From positions 120,907,741 to 120,971,740 of the forward strand of contig CM041465.1 in NCBI GenBank assembly GCA_023213395.1: a stretch of 64,000 bases of DNA. The letters are read 5' to 3'. Below, in pieces: positions 42,620 through 54,996 of this stretch; position 1 is the stretch's first letter; each line of letters opens with the position of its first letter. A model generated the notes under the pieces. It did no database searches. It was not told where the DNA came from and saw nothing but the letters and a program-made list of their open reading frames with translations. A program made the position numbers and the translations under genes. This DNA comes from Cycas panzhihuaensis. Its lineage: Eukaryota; Plantae; Cycadophyta.

Positions 42620-45600
42620 TGTTAAACCTTATGTTTACATGTTAAGTATGTACTTTATTCTTTTATTCTTTCATTCGTTATTTTGTACTTTATGGGGTGA
42701 CTAATCACTTAAGTGATAAAGTGTACACCCACTTTCATCCTAGTGACATGACATTGTAACTAAAGGGTCAAATGGACCCTTATGTATTTTTGCTCACTTG
42801 AGAGCCTAATGGACACATGTCTCTCATGCATGACATGCAAGCCATGCATTGCATGTACCTTGGATGTTTGCCACTTGGCAAACATCTAACGGTGTTAGGT
42901 AACCTCAGTTACTCTATATATTGAGACCTTTCCTTATGTCTCATATGTAGAGTTGATGTGTAATGTTATGCTACGATTTTGCTAATCAATTGGTATTCTT
43001 TGGAGTAGGACTAATTCCTCCTCCTCACATCTTGGTATCATCTTGCTTCCTTGATCTTGTTTATCTTAGTTTTTGCTCTTATGTCATTTAGAACTAGAGG
43101 TGAACTATCTTCAAGATCTTGGCTTTGTAGGTCTTAGGCATTCTAATCCTTTGGCCTATTTTTACATTTGGTATCAGAGCAAGAGGAGACTAGTTCCCTC
43201 TGTTATGATTTCTTCTTCAAGGAAGACTTAAAGTGGGTTTTACAAGCCCTTGGTGATGACCTTCGCTCTCCGAAGGCAATCCAAGGATTGTTTAAGCTCA
43301 CCACTACAAGACCAAGACTTTGCTGGAGTATTTTTAAAGGCTGGAGTTCACTATACTCAGATCTGAATTTTTTTTTTCAGACCTTCTTCAAGGGTTTTGA
43401 GCAAGTTTACTCACGGTTTCTCATGTTTTTTTCATTAAAAATTGGTTTTTTCAGCTGGTTCTTCTTGCAGATCAGGGTGCTGGTGTATTATGAAGAATTT
43501 TGAAGCTCACTGACAGATATTATCACAAGCCTCTGACTCCCTGCAGGCTGTGAAGTGGTTCTGGGCATTTTCAGCCCTCAAACCCCAATTGGAGAGTACA
43601 AAATTGCTCATGCACACTTGCTGGACTGTTCTGCTCTCCTGAAAATGTTTGCGCACCTCTTACTAGGCCCCATGGACAGTTCACAAAGAAGAAACGAGCA
43701 CTAAACAGTGTTGTACGGCTGTTTCATCTTCTTTATACTATGCGCCCATTTTTTTTTTCACACGGTCTGTTCTCTTTCCACAAGCAACGTAATCTGCTCA
43801 AAATTGGACTGTACCTCCCTCTAGGGTATGCGACGCTACTCTCCAAATTTCGTCTCGATCCGCTGAGTATTCGCGGAGATACAAGCACTTGTGTGTTATG
43901 GAAATCCGCCCGAGCCGCCGTCACGTTGTTTTTTCGATTTTTTTGAAAAATTTCAAAGCACTTTAATCTTCTAAACTTTAGTTTATACTTTTAAGAATAT
44001 TCCTTTGAATATTCTTACTTTGATAAACTTATTTATTCTGAAGTTTTATTAAGTCACTTTTAAAACATTGAAAAAAATCACTTTTAAAGCCAAATTCAAG
44101 GTTTTTTTAGTGACTTTTCAGTTTTTTTGACTTCACTAATTTCACTTTTGTGTCAAAAGACTAAATCAAGTACTCTCAGTGATTTTTGACATTGAAAAGT
44201 GAAACTTTTTCCTTCATTAAGCTATTTTTTATTCAAGGCACCTTGCATGGTGACCATTAGCTTAAGTTTTTTAAGGAAAAAAAATCATCTTTTTTCACTT
44301 TTGAAGTCAAAAAAATCTTCTTTGATACATAGTGAGTTCATTAAATGGCTGATGCTAAGTCATTTTCTTATCATTGAAGATTAAAAATACTTGTTTTAAA
44401 GTGCTTATTAAAGCTCTCTGCGTGGTGTCCTTGTTGCTCAAAGTTTCAAAAAAAAAAAAAAAATTCAGCCTTTGTTTTTTGATATTCCAAGCACTTATTT
44501 GTTGTTGTACAAGTGATAAAAGGCCTTGTTATAGTGATTTTAAAGTGTTAATATTTTGTCGAAGTGACCAACCGACCGTACGGTCAATGCACGACAATTA
44601 AGATTGCTTGAGGGAAAGGAGGTTCAAAAAGGGTGTTATTGAGGCTGTGAATTCCAAGGAAAGCATGGTTTGTCTATGTTGATCAACCCTACCTGCCTTG
44701 TCCTAGATTTGGCTTAGTCAACTGTTGGATTTCCTTTATAGATCGGGGTTGGACCAACTCTTTTGCCTAGTCGTCCACCCCTCATCACTCCATTCAGTTG
44801 TTGGATCTTCTAGTAAGATCAAGATTGTTGGTTTTGTTAGAAGGTGGAACTTAAGCGACGAAAGCATTGAGTTTCCAAGTCATCTGCTAGCTTCAAGCCT
44901 TCTACAGCTTAAACATGGCTGCTCTAAATATGCTCAATGCATGCACAATTAAGTTGATAAGACAAGAGAATTATTAAGATTGGAAGAGGCAAAACACAAA
45001 ACCTCTTAAAGATGAATGAACTTTGGGGCTATGTCCTATGCCTGTACCTATGGAAGTTGATGGTGTGGTTGATGATCCTGATCCTGAATATGTTGCTTCT
45101 TGGGAAGCCAATGATGAAATAGCCTTGGCTTTTTTGCATATGGTTATTGATGTAAATGTTGATCAAAATATTGCAAATGCTGAAACTTCTAAGGAAGCTT
45201 GGGACACTTTGTCCTCCTTGTATGAAAGACGAGATGAAGCTCGTATTTTGTTTGTCAAAGCAAAATTTTATTCAATAAAGTATGTAAAGCCTATGTCGGC
45301 ATTTCTTGCTTCCATTAAAGAAATTTGTAATGAATTGAATACTTTAGTCAAACCTGCCTCAAGAGATGAACTTGTCACCACTACTCTTCGAGCCTTGCCT
45401 AAAGATTTCAATGGCTTCATTTCATCTATCACTTGAGATGGCTCACTTTCTACAATGACCTTCAATCAATTAGAGAGTTTGTTATTTCAAGAGGAGCAAA
45501 TCTATGACAAAGAAAATGATAATGGTGCATCAACTTCAGGAGCTTTCATAGCCAAATTGAAGGCCAAACAAACTCCCAAACCTTCACTTACAAAACAGTT

Positions 45601-48600
45601 TGGGAATATGAACATTGGCACTTCAAAAGCCAATGTTATTTGTCATTATTATGGCAAGGTTGGCCACATTGCTCCTGATTGTCAAAAGAAGAAAGTTGAT
45701 CTTGGTACGTACAACAACAAATGACCACATCGAGACAACAACAGCCTCGTCAGCAATTCCAATAGTAGTAGTAGTTTCAACAACAACAACAACAATATCC
45801 CCCTCGATCAAATCGAGGTGCATATCGAGGAGGTCAAAGAGGAAGGGGGGCTTTTAGAGGTGGTAATTAAACCACACAAATCCGTTCGCAGAAGAGAATA
45901 AGCTACTTTGTGCTTATCACACTTCAAACGTTGATCAAACTTGGATCATTAATTCGGGGGCATCATGACACATGACTGGAAGTGAAAAATTTCTTCAAGA
46001 CATCAAAGAAGGAAATGGTAAATCAGTAACTTTTGGCAACAATGAATCAGTGGAAATCTCTAGTATAGGCAAAGTTGCTTCATTTCATTCTTCTTCAAAT
46101 CCTTTTTTAACATTTCCCAATGGTGATGCCTACTACATTCCTTCCATGGAGAAGAACTTGCTATCTGTTAGCCAATTGGACAAGCAATAGATGATCATCT
46201 TGTTTAAAAATGGAAAATGTGTTATTAGTGACAAGCATGATCAGATTGTAGCCATTGGTCATGAAGATCATGGTCTTTATAAGTTGGATGCAAATAACAT
46301 AACTTCTGATTCTTCTTACTTTGTCACGTCATCATCAATAAAGATGCAACTTTGGCATCATCGTCTAGGCCACTTAAGTTTAGACAATGTCAAGTTGATG
46401 GTAAACAAGAACATGGTGCATGGACTTCCCAAGCTATATGGTTCTAAATGCCTTTGTGAAGCTTGTATAATGGGGACGCAACATAGATTGCCTTTTCCTA
46501 AAGGCAAAGCATGGCGTGCATCATATCCTTTGCAGCTGATACATTTCGATTTATGTGGATCTATGTCCACAACATCTTTTGGGGGTGCATTGTACTATAT
46601 CTCCTTCATTGATGATTTCTCTCACAAAGTTTGGGTTTACTTCCTCAAATAGAAATCTGAAGCATTCCAGAAGTTCAAGGAATTCAAACTTGAAGTAGAG
46701 AATGAATCTGGCTATACAATCAAAACACTAAGGTCAAATAATGGAGGTGAATTCGCTTCAAACGAATTCACTCAATTCTGCAAGGATAATGGCATTCGAA
46801 GACAACTCACTACTCCTTATACTCCTCAACAAAACATAGTCTCTGAACGTATGAATAGGACTTTGGCAAACAAAGCCAAAGCAATGATGCATGTAAAAGG
46901 ACTCACACGAGCATATTGGGCAGAAGCATTTCACACAGCTGCTTATGTGGCAAATCAGAGTCCTACTTCTGCAGTCGCCGACATCACACCAGAAGAAGCC
47001 TGGTCTGGTAAAAAGCCAACTGTCAGTCACTTAAGGACATTTGGGTGTACTACATACATGCACATCCCCGATCAACAAAGATCTAAGTTAGACAAACATA
47101 GTCTAAAATGCATCTTTGTAGGCTATGCCATTCATAGTAAAGCTTACAAGTTGTATGATCCCATTGGAAAGAAAATGCATCTCTCAAGAGATGTAATCTT
47201 TGTTGAAGAAGAGCCTAAGGAGTTAGAAATTGCATTCTTCCAACCTCCTCTTGATAAAGGTAAGAAGATTGTTGAGTACTTCATTTCCTCTCAATCTTCC
47301 ACATCATGTACACCATCTGCACCAGCTGAACCGTCTACATCAGTAGATACAACTCTACTTGATCCTAGCACATCGTCTTTTGATCCATCATTTAGACCAG
47401 AAGACATTGAGGTTCAAGTCACATCAGTTAAAAAATTGCCAAAATGGTTTACTTCAACTGTTCAAGACGGTCAAACTATTGAAGGAAAGCATCCATCAAA
47501 ATATAGGCAACAAACCAATTATGCACTCATGGCTAATGTACTTTGTGTTGATGAGCCCTCCACCTTTGAGGAGGCATCTCAAAAGGCTAATTGGAAAATT
47601 GCTATGGATGAAGAAATCCATTCTATTGAAAAGAATGGAACATGGGATTTGGTAGAATTGCCTAAGCATAAACAGGCAATCAGTTGCAAATGGGTCTACA
47701 AGACCAAATTCCATTATAATGGTACACTCAAGCACCATAAGGTGCGACTTGTTGCAAAAGGGTTCAAACAAAAAGAAGGCATTAACTATGAGGAGACTTT
47801 TGCGCCTGTTGCTAATATGAATACCATCAAACTCATCTTGGCTTTAGCTGCTCAATGTAAATGGTCTGCATATCAGATGAACGTGAAGAGCGTCTTTCTC
47901 AATGGCGATCTTCAAGAGGAGGTATATTTGGAACAACCTCCTGGTTACAAAGCACAAGGCAAGGAGCACTTGGTTTATTGTCTGAAAAAGGCTTTATATG
48001 ACTTGAAACAAGCTCCTCAGGCATGGTACTCCAAAATCGATGATTATTTTTTGAGACATGGTTTTCATCGATCCACATCAGACCCCAACTTGTACATCAA
48101 AGTTGAGAAAGACCATGCCATTTTTATTGTCTTGTATGTTGATGGCTTAGTGATAACTGGTAATGATACTAAGATGATACACATTCTCCAGGATGATTTG
48201 AATAGAACCTTCGAGATGACAGATCTTGGACTACTACATTATTTTCTAGGCTTTGAGGTGTGGCAACAGCCTGGATCTATCTTCATATCCCAAGCAAAAT
48301 ATTCTTGGGACATTTTGCAGTGGTTTAGGATGCATGATTGCAAACCAGCATTAACACCTATGGAGAATGGAACAAAGCTTACTCTTAATGAGGAAGCTGA
48401 ACCTGCAGATCCCACTCTTTACCGGCAGTTGATTGGTAGCCTCATTTATCTCACCAACACTCGATCGGATATTTCATTTGCAGTTGGGATTTGTTTTCGA
48501 TACATGTCTCAACCCAATCAGAAACATTAGAATGCAGCAAAATGCACACTCAAATACATCAAAGGAACATTGCAGCATGGTCTTCAATATGCACATAATG

Positions 48601-49644
48601 AGGACTTTGTCTTGGAAGGGTTCTCAGATTCTGATTGGGTTGGTTGTCAAGATAGCCGAAGATCCACCTCGGGTTACAGCTTTACTCTTGGTTCAGGAGC
48701 TGTTTCGTGGAGTTGCAAGAAGCAACCCAATGATACCTTGTCCTCCACTAAAGCAGAATACAAAGCTACTATCAGCGCAGCTTGTGAGGCTATCTGGCTA
48801 TGATGGATTCTTGGGGAGCTTGGACTTGAGCAAAATCACCCCATCAGGATATACTGTGACAATCAAAGTGTACTCAAGTTAGCCAAGAATCCAATTTTTC
48901 ATGCACGGACCAAACACATCGAGGTTCATCATCACTTCATCAGAGAGCATGGGCAGAATGGTGAGATCAACCTCCAGTACAGACTTATAGAGGAGCAGAT
49001 AGTAGATATCTTTACCAAGTCTCTTGGTAGAGAAAAGTTTGTAAAATTTAGACATGGTCTTGGCGTCCGACTTAACATTGTAAACAGTAAGGGGGGGTGT
49101 TAAACTTTATGTTGACATGTTAAGTATGTACTTTATTCTTTTATTCTTTCATTCATTATTTTGTACTTTATGGGGTGACTAATCACTTAAGTGATAAAGT
49201 GCACACCCACTTTCATCCTAGTGACACGACATTGTAACTAAAGGGTCAAATAGACCCTTATGCATTTTTGCTTACTTGAGAGCCTAATGGACACATGTCT
49301 CTCATGCATGACATGCAAGCCATGCATTGCATGTACCTTGGATGTTTGCCACTTGGCAAACATCTAACGGTGTTAGGTAACCTCAGTTACTCTATATATT
49401 GAGACCTCTCCTTATGTCTCATATGTAGAGTTGATGTGTAATGTTATGCTACGATTTTGCTAATCAATTGGTATTCTTTGGAGTAGGACTAATTCCTCCT
49501 CCTCACATCTTGGTATCATCTTGCTTCCTTGATTTTGTTTATCTTAGTTTTTGCTCTTATGTCATTTAGAACTAGAGGTCAACTATCTTCAAGATCTTGG
49601 CTTTGTAGGTCTTAGGCATTCTAATCCTTTGGCCTATTTTCACA
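42620..49644 (+). mobile_element. Full-length Ty1/Copia element (young, non-functional)
   Basis: 547-bp LTRs 42620-43166 and 49098-49644, about 12 mismatches by eye. Perfect TSD ACAAT. PBS TGGTATCAGAGC 43169-43180. PPT aaggggggg 49089-49097. Confidence 0.98.
44915..49090 (+). pseudogene. Copia gag-pol polyprotein with premature stops
   Basis: Domain order Gag, zinc knuckle (CHYYGKVGHIAPDC), PR (WIINSGAS), LWHHRLGH, INT, RT (YVDG instead of YVDD), RH (GFSDSDW). Fragmented into several ORFs. Confidence 0.95.
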
Positions 49645-51780
49645 ACAATCAGATAAGCATTCTAGAAAAGGATAAATTAAAAACCATATTTGTCACACAA
49701 ACTGGAATTTTTGCATACAATCGAATGCCTTTTGGACTTGCAATGCCCCTATTACATTTCAGCGAATCATTATGCATATATTTAATCAATTATCATCAAA
49801 ATCAGTAAAAGTATTCTTAAACGGCTGGTCCATTTATGGTAACATTAAAGATCACCTTCCACTATTGACAGAATGTTTGGAAGATTGTCGAAAGACAAAA
49901 TTATCACTAAATCCAGAAAAATACCAATTCTTAGTTCCATATGGCAAGCTATTGGGACATATTGTGTGTGCTCGTGGGTTGAAACTGATCCAGATAAATC
50001 AAAGTCATAATGAATCTAATGCCACCATCAAATAGTGTAGAAGTACTAGTCTTCCTTGGACACATACAATACTACCGTCGGTTTATAAAGGGATTTGCCC
50101 ACATTGCGCATCCCTTAGAAGAATTGTTACAAAAAGGGGTAAGTTTTACTTAGGGAAATGAACAACAAACAACCTTTGCAGATCTCAAAAATAGACTTAT
50201 TATAGCCCCAAATTTAGGTCACCCAGAATGGACAAAAGAATTCAATATTCACGTAGACACATCACATATAATAATTGGATGTACATTAGCCCAAGAATGT
50301 AGTCACAAGTTTGACTTACCATCTACTTTGTCAATAGACAATTGAATAGAGCAGAAAAGAACTACTCAACAACCGAAAGAGAAGCATTAGGAATGATTTA
50401 TGCTTTGCAGAAATTTTGACATTATCTCTTAGCAAATCGTTTTGTATTTTTTGTGGACCATCGAGCCCTTTTATACGTGATCAACGAACTTATCATCCAA
50501 GGAAGAATAAACCGATGGTTATTATTACTTCAAAAATTTAATTTTAAGGTAGTAGTTCGACGAGGTCGCACACATGTAGCTGTTGACCACTTATCCAGAA
50601 TTCAGACATGGGAAGAACCTCATGGAGTTAATGATGATTTTCCCGATGCTAAACTATTCCAAGTGATAGCAACTCCACCAAGTTATGATGATATAATGAG
50701 ATACTTAAGCTTAAGATTATTTCCTATAGATATGCCTTCACAACAACGTAGAGATCTTGTGAAAAAAGCAGCACCTTATCAACTAATAGGTGGATTTCTA
50801 TACAAGCTGGGAAAAGATCATGTGTTACGACGATGTGTAATGCTAGAAGAAGTGCCAACAATACTCAATGAAGCTCATAAGGGTACTACTAGTGGTCATG
50901 TCGGACCCAAATCTACAGCGAGGAAGATTTTATTATTAGGATTATGGTGGCCACAATTATTTAAGGATATAAAACAGTATGTCTTTAGATGTGATATTTG
51001 TTAAAGAATGGGTTGACCCTTGGAGCATGATTTTATGCCCTTACAACCATCTTTAGCTCAAGGAGTTTTTGAATGATGGGGATTAGATTTTGTGAGACCT
51101 TTTAAACATGTTACACAACTAACACAGGCTAAATATATTTTAGTTGTAATGGATTACCTCGTGAAGTGGGTTGAAGCAAAAGCACTTCGAGATAATTCCG
51201 CGCGAAGCACAACCATATTCCTATATGAGAATATTATTACCAGATTTGGGTGTCCATTAGAAATTGTTAGCAACAGAGGAACACATTTTATAAATGACAC
51301 AATCCATTGTTTAAAACATGAATTCATGATTTCACATCATAAGTCGACACCCTATTAATCCACGAGCTAATGGACAAGCGAAATCAAACAATAAAATAAT
51401 AGTAACAATGCTAACCAAATTGTATAATGCTAACAAAGATGATTGGGCAGAACAATTACACTCAACTCTATGGGCCTTCAGGATGACATACAAGACTACT
51501 ACCGATCACACTCCATTTCAGTTAGTCTATGGTGCAGAAGTAGTTCTTCCTATAGAGTTTATAGTCCCAAGCTTAAGAATTGTTGTGCAACAACGATGGC
51601 CGAATTCAACTAGTATTCAAGCTCGACCAACAAATATTTTAGCATTGGATGAAACTTGACAACATGCGCAATGGGTGATGAACACAATACAACAACGAAG
51701 AAAAAAATGGCATGATAAAACACTGCATCCAAAAGTATTTAAGGAAGGGGACCTAGTACTTAAGTATGATGGCAAGTATT

Positions 51781-52060
51781 TTATAAAATCATGTTAGCTT
51801 AAAATTTGATGGTCCAATCCATTCGTGGTAAAAAGAATTGTTTAAAATGGCACAATGAAGATAGCACATATTGATGATGACAAATAAATATTTACGACCA
51901 ATGGAAAACACTAACCTATTTTATAAAATCATGTCAGCTTAAAATTTGATGGCCTAGTCCATTCGTGGTAAAAAGAATTTTTTAAAATGGCACAATGAAG
52001 ATAGCACATATTGATGATGACAAATAAATATTTACGACCAATGGAAAACACTGACCTATT
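51781..52060. repeat. 140-bp tandem duplication at the Gypsy integrase C-terminus
   Basis: ttataaaatcatg...atggaaaacact(a/g)acctatt at 51781 and 51921. Confidence 0.93.
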
Positions 52061-52505
52061 TATCAACTGACCTATTGTGAATTTAGATATTCAAAAAAAT
52101 GAAAAACATAATTATACAAGTAAAGAAAAAAAAATAGAAGAATAGGATTGGTCGGTGGTTTCGCCAATCGGGGGCCGAAACCATGGGCGGCCTGTGGTTT
52201 TGCCAAACCATGGGCAAAAACCACAGGGCTCACACATGGTTTTCCTAAATCCATGAGTGGATGACCCACCTACCCCGGGTTGGCCAACCTTATATATCAC
52301 CCCTCCCCCCTCATGTTTTCCATCAAAGGAGGCATTATCTATGCTACGAAAAAGGTTTCTCACATGCGTGTGTTCATCAAACAAAGACGGTGTCATATTT
52401 TGAGGCAGTATATTCACTCGAGACGACGAAGAGGGTGATGTTAGGATCAAGATTCATAAAATTTGCACAAATGACCTTTTCGTTTTCAGATCTCTTCAAA
52501 AGCAT

Positions 52506-54167
52506 ATGGAGGATGACGCAGGAATTCCATTTGAAATAGGGGGTCATCAAATTAAATGGCAAGTATTGGACTCACCAGTCTTGCACAAATGGTTACATAT
52601 AGAAGATCAGAATGCTCCGTTAAGAGCACATCTAACAGGTGCAAGGGTCGTCCATGCTGCATTATTTCCAATTTTTTCAAAAAATTTGAAATGATTACAA
52701 GACATATTACAAGGATACAATCCCACAAATCGGGTGTTGATAGTTAACGGAAGAATCATAAGGATGGAGTAGGAAGATGTAGTAAGATTAATAGGATTCC
52801 CAATGTAAGGACAAGAAGTGAAGAAGTCTCGAAACCTAATGGCCACAATGAAGGACCAGATTATTCAAGCAATTTGTAGAAAAGAATTCCATACTAAGCA
52901 TGGAGGACATGGCATTCCAGTTACACATCTCAAGACCACAAATGTAATGGTTGTCAACGTGCTTATGTGTACAAGACTTTTGGGAGAGCAACGTTGTAAT
53001 GCGTTGCTCTGGTGGACGACTTTGTATCTTCAGGGACTAATGAGGGGGACAATTTACAATTGGTCTGCTTTCATCTTAGAAAAGATGAAGACATCTTTAC
53101 ATCAGCTGGTTATAGGGGGACAATCAAGCTTTAACTTCACTATGTATTTATTAGGATTTTGTTATGAAAATTTTCATCTACTGGGATTAGCAAAAAGTCC
53201 AACAATTTTGTTGCTCTCTGCATTCCATAAGGATTCCTTCACACCAAAGAAAATTTGTCTGAAAGCTCAGAAAGAGGGCAAAAACGAATAAACAAAGAAA
53301 CGTAAGGTTGTGATGGTACGTGAAACAGATGAATCTTTGACTGCTTCTTTTGATGATTTTGATGAGGACTATATAGTAGGCTACTCGGATCTTAGCACGT
53401 GCGAGGAGGATGAGGAAGCAGGTAGCAATTTTGCGCCACCTATTGATGAAGACACCCATGTTGTAGCACCAGATCTAAACATTTCGGCATCTCCCATTGT
53501 TGACAATAAAGCATCACGATGTGAATTGTTTGAGGTATTAGGAGTGGATGTTCTGCCCAGGCCAAAACCAAAACAAGCGAAGCAGCAGGAAGTAACAACT
53601 TCCTCCTCTGATTTACAAATCATTAAAACCCAATATACATGCATGGTGAGCTTAATGGACGAATATTGGGAAGCTCAAGGATCATTTGTGAAGAAGATTG
53701 AAGATAACTATCATAAAATAGATAGATATAATCAGTTACAAAAGGACTTATTGGAAACAAAAGGATTGTTGCAGAATAAGGAAGATCAACTACAGGAAAC
53801 AAAAGAATTGTTATGGAAAAAGGAAGAGTAATGCAATCAATTATTAAGAACAAATAAGAAAATGTATAATCGGGAGGTCTCTCATATCCAATGGATTAGT
53901 GCATTAGAAGAACATCTCCATCAAAATGAGTTATTACTCAAAAAATTTGAGCAACAAGTCAAGGATTTATCAACTTAGCTTGAGGAAGAAAAAGGATGAT
54001 GTGAGAGAATATTACAATGTGTTGAGGTGGTCAGCTGCGAAAATCGTAAATGGCTGCGCAAAGTAGGATTGGACCCCCTATATTCAACAACATCTTCAGT
54101 TCTAACATCCTCAGCTCTAACTCGAGCCGCATCTCCAGTTCTAGACCAAGCAACACCTTTTGAGTGA
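52506..54167 (+). pseudogene. Gypsy extra (env-position) ORF, ~553 codons, 7 in-frame stops, no frameshift
   Basis: ORFs at 52506, 52818 and 53310 share one frame that continues to TGA 54165-54167, just before the PPT. It has a 'YNWSAFILEKM' motif, an acidic linker and a coiled-coil-like C-terminus. Confidence 0.85.
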
Positions 54168-54301
54168 GATGCTTAGAACTAAAAAGGGAGGATAGATGTT
54201 GGGACCAATTTTGTTAATAAAGGGTAAATGTTAAAGATTGTGTTAACAAAGGGGATTAGTTAGGAAGTTAGAAGTAGTTACTACAATGGACAATAGTTTT
54301 G

Positions 54302-54857
<556 letters not shown>

Positions 54858-54996
54858 CAAGGATGTGATTGATTGTGTTGCACCATCTAATCTCTTCCTA
54901 GTACCAACCCATAGTTAACAATTAACACTAACATTAAACATTATTTCTAACACCCCCCTATAATGTTTAATGCTAAGACGCTTTTCTAACTACATA

